NCBI GenBank assembly: GCA_016861085.1 | Contig: BOKR01000001.1 | Location: 761,696-825,695, forward strand | Direction of reading: 5' to 3' | DNA: 64,000 bases | Origin: Patescibacteria group bacterium | Lineage (GTDB): Bacteria > Patescibacteriota > Microgenomatia > UBA1400 > PJMF01 | In this document: one piece after another, positions 58,734-64,000 of the stretch | Numbering within the stretch: position 1 is the stretch's first letter | Layout: every line of letters starts with the position of its first letter | The notes under the pieces: model-generated | The model's database searches: none | Seen by the model: only the letters and a program-made list of their open reading frames with translations | Told to the model about the DNA's origin: nothing | Position numbers and translations under genes: made by a program

Positions 58734-58847
58734 GCGGAGCACCCGGGTCTGGAACCCGTGCGGCCTTATAACCGCTCACTCCACTATGGGTAATTATACT
58801 CAAAATGAGACAAATGGGACACTATAAAAAAGGAGCGTCTTGTTTTT
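58734..58847 (+). repeat. att-like repeat related to the tRNA-Ser 3' end (copy 1)
   Basis: GCGGAGCACCCGGGTCTGGAACCCGTG...GACAAATGGGACACTATAAAAA...GTCTTGTTTTT. Confidence 0.8.
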
Positions 58848-58861
58848 ATGAAACAAAACTA

Positions 58862-58899
58862 TTGACAACAAATTAGCAGTCTGATAATATGATTGCTAA
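58862..58899 (+). promoter_or_regulatory. sigma70 promoter overlapped by a CIRCE (HrcA) operator
   Basis: TTGACA-N17-TAATAT; TTAGCAGTC-N9-GATTGCTAA at 58873-58899, upstream of an Hsp20 gene. Confidence 0.85.
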
Positions 58900-59028
58900 T
58901 AAGGTGCAAAGGATGTACACATACGCTTTGAGCAGCGAAGTGGTCCTAAATAAGACATCTTGTATTGTGATACATCAGTTTCACCTTTTGATAGTTAGTA
59001 AGTATTAATTAAAAGAAAGGAAAAGACT

Positions 59029-59469
59029 ATGTCACTCGATTTAGTTCCAAGAAGATTACTTTCATTCCCATCTATGGTACCTTCAATTTGGGATAATGAT
59101 GATGATTGGTTTACTGCTCCATCTACCCAAACAGGTTTGTCAATTTCTGAGGATGAGCAGAAAGTGTATGTAGAAGCTGCTCTCCCAGGAATTAATCCAG
59201 ACAACATTGAAGTTACCTATCAAGACGGTTATGTTTGGATAAAAGGAGAACAGCAAGAAGAAGAAAGTGATAAGAAAAAGAAGTATTATCGAAAAGCCTC
59301 AAATGCTTTCTCATACAGAGTTGCTGTTCCTGGTGAAGTTGATTTAAATAAAGAACCAGAAGCAACTTATGAGCATGGAGTGATGAAAGTATCCTTCATG
59401 AAATCTGAGGCAAGCAAGCCAAAGAGAATTGCTATTAAGCAGAAAAAGCAGCTTGGTAGTGGGAAATAA
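59029..59469 (+). CDS. Hsp20/alpha-crystallin small heat shock protein
   Basis: ALPGI, ATYEHGVM and KRIAI motifs; GAAAGGA RBS. Confidence 0.92.
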   Translation: MSLDLVPRRLLSFPSMVPSIWDNDDDWFTAPSTQTGLSISEDEQKVYVEAALPGINPDNIEVTYQDGYVWIKGEQQEEESDKKKKYYRKASNAFSYRVAVPGEVDLNKEPEATYEHGVMKVSFMKSEASKPKRIAIKQKKQLGSGK

Positions 59470-59487
59470 TCTTGTAGCTTCTGTTTG

Positions 59488-59516
59488 TTGGGCAGAAACA
59501 TTTTGTTTCTGCCCAA
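59488..59516 (+). terminator. Terminator-like hairpin
   Basis: TTGGGCAGAAAC...GTTTCTGCCCAA after hsp20. Confidence 0.65.
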
Positions 59517-59577
59517 ATAAGAGAGGTTAACCATTAATTTCTCTAATTAATTAAGGTTTTCTGAATGTTTTCGCGAT

Positions 59578-60114
59578 ATGAATAAAAAAGTTGGTTTATA
59601 TAATTATCCAATCAGAAGTAGCACCATTGTTACTGCAATGGGAATAGGTTCTGTAGTGCTTTTTGGTATTTTGTTGAGTCTTGTTAGTTATATACCTTTA
59701 ATGTTGCTAAAAGAAATCCTTGCTCCTGAAATTTCTATTACTTTTACCTCCATACTTATACAGATAGCTATTCTTGTTCTAGTGAGTTTTGGAATCATTT
59801 CACTCCTAATGAAGTGGGTTGGAACTTCTTATGTGATTAAAGACAATGAAATTATTGTTCAAAATGGACTATTTAATATCAAACAAAAAATTTATCCACT
59901 TGAGGGTCATGAAGAAGTTAAGATTTATAAATCATTCTTTGGAAAAATTTTTGATTATGGAACGCTATCAATTTATCAGCCCATGCTTCAAAAGTATGTC
60001 ACACTAGAGAATATCCAAGATCCTGATTTATTTGCAGAAGTAGTTAGACAAACTAAGTCAAAAGAATCACTTAGTTCAGAAAAGGTTATTTTTTCAAGAA
60101 AAAAGAGAAAATAA
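59578..60114 (+). CDS. Bacterial PH domain membrane protein
   Basis: 2 TM helices then GLF...GKIFDYGTL. Confidence 0.75.
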   Translation: MNKKVGLYNYPIRSSTIVTAMGIGSVVLFGILLSLVSYIPLMLLKEILAPEISITFTSILIQIAILVLVSFGIISLLMKWVGTSYVIKDNEIIVQNGLFNIKQKIYPLEGHEEVKIYKSFFGKIFDYGTLSIYQPMLQKYVTLENIQDPDLFAEVVRQTKSKESLSSEKVIFSRKKRK

Positions 60115-60151
60115 ATTTGTTTTACAAATATCAACTTATACTTGGATATCC

Positions 60152-60201
60152 CTGTAGTTCGAATCCTGGGATGCGGAGCATGTGGGTCTGGAACCAGTGT
60201 G
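60152..60201 (+). repeat. att-like repeat related to the tRNA-Ser 3' end (copy 2)
   Basis: CTGTAGTTCGAATCCTGGGATGCGGAGCATGTGGGTCTGGAACCAGTG. Confidence 0.8.
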
Positions 60202-60213
60202 TCCCCTAGCACA

Positions 60214-60543
60214 CTATCTAGCCATAGTGAGCAACATCTTGAACTGTTTTGCTGCCTGCAAAGCATGCGGTGTATTGGCAGGTAAAATAAGTACCTGACC
60301 TTCGTTAACTTCGTATTTTTTTTCATCAACTGAAATAATTGCTTCACCATCTAGAATTTGCGCAAAAGCAGTAAAAGGAGTTGTATGCTCACTTAAACCT
60401 TGTCCTTTAGCAAAAGCAAATGCAGTGATAGTAGTTTTTGTGGTTTTAATAAGTTCCCTGCTCACGATAGAGCCACTTTGGTACTCGACGACATTTTTTA
60501 GAACATGCGGCGATATGGTTAGATTATATGTTACTTCTGTCAT
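60214..60543 (-). CDS. Cupin domain protein
   Basis: GQGLSEHT and PANTPHAL motifs. Confidence 0.88.
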   Translation of the reverse strand: MTEVTYNLTISPHVLKNVVEYQSGSIVSRELIKTTKTTITAFAFAKGQGLSEHTTPFTAFAQILDGEAIISVDEKKYEVNEGQVLILPANTPHALQAAKQFKMLLTMAR

Positions 60544-60565
60544 AATAATATCCTATCATGAAAAC

Positions 60566-61012
60566 CTATTTCAATTGGGTGAGTATACTATCTGCCCATT
60601 GTCTACTTTTTTGATATGTAGCCTGGTTTGGGTAGCCATCAATTTGAAGAACTGGTTCAAGAATATTTCCTTGCATTGGCTCAATTTTTTCACTACTTAT
60701 TTTTCCGCTTGTTGCAAAATGGGGATAACTAGAATCACCAAGTGAGAAAAAAGCAAAATGTGTATTGTTGCAATTATGATTTTGTTGATCAGCTGTTGAA
60801 AAAAATAATTCAGTAATTGGGTTTAAGTCTCCATCCCCATACGTAGAGCTACCAAAAAAAACCAACTCATGCTCTTTTAGTTGATCGGGATTGGTATTAA
60901 TAACATCAAATAACTCTGCTTTGTGACCATTATTATTTAGATAATCAACGAGATCATTAGCTACAAGCGCCGTATTTCCCGATAGAGTAGAAAATGTTAC
61001 TGCAATTTTCAT
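60566..61012 (-). CDS. Flavodoxin
   Basis: STLSGNT, STYGDG and LGDSSY motifs. Confidence 0.9.
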   Translation of the reverse strand: MKIAVTFSTLSGNTALVANDLVDYLNNNGHKAELFDVINTNPDQLKEHELVFFGSSTYGDGDLNPITELFFSTADQQNHNCNNTHFAFFSLGDSSYPHFATSGKISSEKIEPMQGNILEPVLQIDGYPNQATYQKSRQWADSILTQLK

Positions 61013-61046
61013 ATGACTTTTATTTTAGTTTCACAAGTCCTCGTCA

Positions 61047-61192
61047 CTGTAGTTCGAATCTTAGGATGCGGAGCACGCGGGTCTGGAACCCGTGCGTCGT
61101 TATAACTGTCCCATTCCAGGATCGAGCTTCCAGGGTAATTCTACCAAAAACGGGACAAATGGGACACTATAAAAAGAGAGTGTCTTGTTTTT
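61047..61192 (+). repeat. att-like repeat related to the tRNA-Ser 3' end (copy 3)
   Basis: CTGTAGTTCGAATCTTAGGATGCGGAGCACGCGGGTCTGGAACCCGTG...GACAAATGGGACACTATAAAAA. Confidence 0.8.
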
Positions 61193-61445
61193 GAAGCTCG
61201 ATCATTTTGCTATTTTCACCACAAGCATTCGTTATATTATTTTGCCTATTCATCCAACCTTTGGTTGGAATCAATTAAAGAAATGTTTTACAATTTGTAC
61301 AGATAACTATTAGAGAGTTTGGAGCTAGCTTCAAAAAGAACTGTTAGGCTTAACACAAGATTTTAGTTATAATGGTTTAGCATATCTTGCAACTCAAGTA
61401 TTTATTTCGTCATTCTGAGTAAAGAATGGTAATTGAATTTGCCCT

Positions 61446-62408
61446 ATGGTTAACAACCTACTACTACAAACAATAATTTATATCGTATGCTTTTTTTTGG
61501 TATGGATTGGAGCTGGCCTAGTTGTTTCTCCGATATCCGATCTCTCCAAATCTTGGAGGCTTCCACGATTTATTATCTCTTTTTTCTTACTAGGTATTCT
61601 TACTTCGCTCCCTGAAATCACGATTAGTACCATAGCCATCCTGAACAACGACCCGGTCATAGTCGCTGGTAACTTATTAGGGGGAGTTATTGTTATGTTC
61701 TTGGGAGTAATTCCTCTTTTGGGTTTAGTGGGCAATGGAGTAAAAATGCCCACTCAGCTCAACAAGAAACAACTCATCATTACTCTTTTAGTTGTGGTTG
61801 CTCCGGCTTTCCTAACTGCTGACCAAAAAATTGGCCAATACGAAGCGATTTTCTTGATTTTGCTTTATCTTAGTTTATTCGTCATGTTTTCTTTCAAGCA
61901 ATCATTTTTTGAAAAGATCAAAACTGGAATAATCAGCAGGAAAAAGAATAGCATGGGACATCTCTTTAAGATTGTGCTTGGGGTTTTAATTTTAATTGGA
62001 GCTAGTAATCAAATTGTTAATTCGACTCTGTTTTTTGCAGATATGTTTAAAATATCTCCATTTTTTGTTAGTTTGATTGTAGTTGCTTTGGGGACCAACA
62101 TACCTGAAATCTCAATTGTTTTCCGCTCAGTTTTGAGTGGTAAAAAAGACATTGCACTAGCTGATTATCTTGGCTCTGCTAGTGCGAATACATTACTTCT
62201 TGGTATTTTCACCCTGATGCATGGAGAAACCATCCAGCTGCCCAACCACTTTTTTCAACGATTTTCTTTCTTAGCAGTAGGACTTATCTTATTTTTCTTC
62301 TTTGCTCGATCTAGAAACACGCTGTCTCGAAAAGAAAGTGCCATTTTACTCTCGCTATACCTGGGATTTATCATGTTTGAGATGCTGCTTATAGCACGTT
62401 TGAACTAA
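61446..62408 (+). CDS. Sodium/calcium exchanger (YrbG/CaCA family)
   Basis: TSLPE and GTNIPE alpha repeats. Confidence 0.9.
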   Translation: MVNNLLLQTIIYIVCFFLVWIGAGLVVSPISDLSKSWRLPRFIISFFLLGILTSLPEITISTIAILNNDPVIVAGNLLGGVIVMFLGVIPLLGLVGNGVKMPTQLNKKQLIITLLVVVAPAFLTADQKIGQYEAIFLILLYLSLFVMFSFKQSFFEKIKTGIISRKKNSMGHLFKIVLGVLILIGASNQIVNSTLFFADMFKISPFFVSLIVVALGTNIPEISIVFRSVLSGKKDIALADYLGSASANTLLLGIFTLMHGETIQLPNHFFQRFSFLAVGLILFFFFARSRNTLSRKESAILLSLYLGFIMFEMLLIARLN

Positions 62409-62516
62409 CTTACGCGGCTGTTGAAGCGAAAAATGTTCAAATCAAGGGAATTTAGCAAGCCACATCAACCCATTTAACGCTATTAGACGGGTCTATCAGG
62501 GAAAAATCAATATATG

Positions 62517-62601
62517 CGGAGGCAGTGGGATTTGAACCCACGAACCAGAAACCTGGTACGGGTTAGCAACCCGTTGCAATCGGCCACTATGCGATGCCTC
62601 C
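62517..62601 (-). tRNA. tRNA-Ser(GCT)
   Basis: GGAGGCA/TGCCTCC acceptor stem, ACGGG-TTGCTAA-CCCGT anticodon arm, long variable arm, GTTCAAATC. Confidence 0.93.
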
Positions 62602-62697
62602 ACTCTCAGATTAGAAATGAATTATAACATTAAACAAACCTCAAAAAAATCTTGATATCTTGTATTCATAACAATCTGTGTGTCATAATTGACTGAT

Positions 62698-63066
62698 ATG
62701 CCCAAAAAAAATGTTCTTTTAGTTGAAGACGAAATAGTATTAGTTAAGGCTTTAACATCAGCATTCTTAAATACAGATTGCAACTTAACTGTTGCCTATA
62801 ACGGTGAAGAAGCATCAGAATTGATTAACAAATCTATCCCAGACCTTATTCTTCTTGATTTACTTCTCCCCAAGAAAAATGGTATTGAATTACTTAAGGA
62901 GATCAGAGCGTCAGAAAAAACCAAACACATTCCTGTCGTGGTGCTTTCAAATTTCAATGAAGCATCCCAAGTTGAAACACTTGATCAACTGGGAATAAAA
63001 GAATTTATCACAAAGGCGGATGCTGACCTATCGCAAATAGTTAAATCAGTCGAGAAATATTTATAA
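62698..63066 (+). CDS. Single-domain response regulator
   Basis: LLVEDE, LLDLLLP and ITK motifs. Confidence 0.9.
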   Translation: MPKKNVLLVEDEIVLVKALTSAFLNTDCNLTVAYNGEEASELINKSIPDLILLDLLLPKKNGIELLKEIRASEKTKHIPVVVLSNFNEASQVETLDQLGIKEFITKADADLSQIVKSVEKYL

Positions 63067-63068
63067 AA

Positions 63069-64000
63069 ATGTTCAAGAATAAACTTTCGATTCGATATAT
63101 TTTTACAATTCCCTTTATCATATTTATTTTATTTACTTCAAGCTTGACAGCTTTTATTGCGTACCAAAGCAACAGCCAATCAATCCAGTCTCTTTCAGCC
63201 GAGCTTTTTTCACATTCAAGTAATCAAATAAAAGACAAAATAACGGCCGTTTTAAGTGCCCCTCAAAATATAAATAAGATTAATAAAGACGCTATAGAAA
63301 GTGGTGCTATCTCAATCACAGAAAAAGAGAAAATGGGAAACTTGTTCTTTTCACAATTACTCACCTATGACTCTGTAGGTTCCATAGAATATGAGGATAT
63401 AGATAGCAACAATGTTGGTGTTATCAGAAACATTTTTAACTTTGACTATGGCATTGGAATGTCTGGCCCAGAAACACAATACACCTTTACTCTCTATGAA
63501 AAAAAACTTGATGGATCTGTTGGGGAAATAATTTTTGAACTACCAAATTATAATGAATTCGAGAAAAGCTGGTTTGATCTTGCAATTAAAGCTGATAAAC
63601 CAATTTGGACCCCAGTATATCTGTGGCCGAATGGTGATGTCGGCTTAGACGCAGTAACAACAGTTAAGAATAAAGAAAAAACTATCGGAGTGCTTGACGC
63701 ATCACTCACACTCAAGGAGCTTTCTGATTTTTTGATCAATGCTAAAACATTTGATTCAAGTACCATTTTTATTATAGAAAAATCTGGGCTTCTTATTGCA
63801 ACATCTGATACAAATGAGAATTACAAGAAAAATGGAGAAATGTTGGAACGGCTCCATGCTTCTGAATCAAAAAATGAGACAGTTAGAGCAATATTTGAAT
63901 TTTTTACTACCCAATATGGCGATATCAATAACATTACTGCTGACATTTCAACTACATTTACAAAGAATACTACTGATTATTTTGTCAATGCGTATCCAGT
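63069..64000 (+). CDS. Cache-domain sensor protein (runs off window)
   Basis: Manual translation MFKNKLSIRYIFTIPFII...WF...WTPVY...GVL; N-terminal TM then dCache-like region. Confidence 0.75.
   Translation, partial: MFKNKLSIRYIFTIPFIIFILFTSSLTAFIAYQSNSQSIQSLSAELFSHSSNQIKDKITAVLSAPQNINKINKDAIESGAISITEKEKMGNLFFSQLLTYDSVGSIEYEDIDSNNVGVIRNIFNFDYGIGMSGPETQYTFTLYEKKLDGSVGEIIFELPNYNEFEKSWFDLAIKADKPIWTPVYLWPNGDVGLDAVTTVKNKEKTIGVLDASLTLKELSDFLINAKTFDSSTIFIIEKSGLLIATSDTNENYKKNGEMLERLHASESKNETVRAIFEFFTTQYGDINNITADISTTFTKNTTDYFVNAYP

Noticed and set aside
58734-61192. Ser-like repeats as functional tRNAs
   Set aside because: Only acceptor and T-arm similarity; no D or anticodon arm, and the T-loop is altered
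60994-61194. 66-aa ORF in the track
   Set aside because: Runs through the att-like repeat; better explained as a scar than a gene
1-64000. Alternative genetic code (UGA as Gly or Trp)
   Set aside because: Conserved genes are full length in the standard code and several end in TGA

Overview
AT-rich, densely packed bacterial chromosome segment using the standard code (TGA is used as stop). Gene content, widespread leaderless-type promoters and an intron-containing tRNA suggest a Patescibacteria/CPR, Microgenomates-like genome (inference). Housekeeping genes include rpoD, dnaG, mutS, mutL, trxA, trxB, a Glu dehydrogenase and a DEAD-box helicase, plus many small accessory genes. There are three tRNAs: Asn-GTT split by a 243-nt group I intron, Ser-GGA and Ser-GCT. 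The main unexplained structures are: (1) two unrelated GC-rich lipoprotein genes sharing an rRNA-operon-like RNA scaffold (promoter, hairpin, boxA-like motif, an 11-12 nt segment perfectly complementary to the 3' trailer, second hairpin); (2) behind one of them, a four-way-junction RNA followed by a textbook type III hammerhead ribozyme; (3) two arrays of one- or two-gene cargo blocks separated by degenerate att-like copies of the 3' ends of tRNA-Asn and tRNA-Ser, with no recombinase in the window. All calls were made by eye, without database searches.
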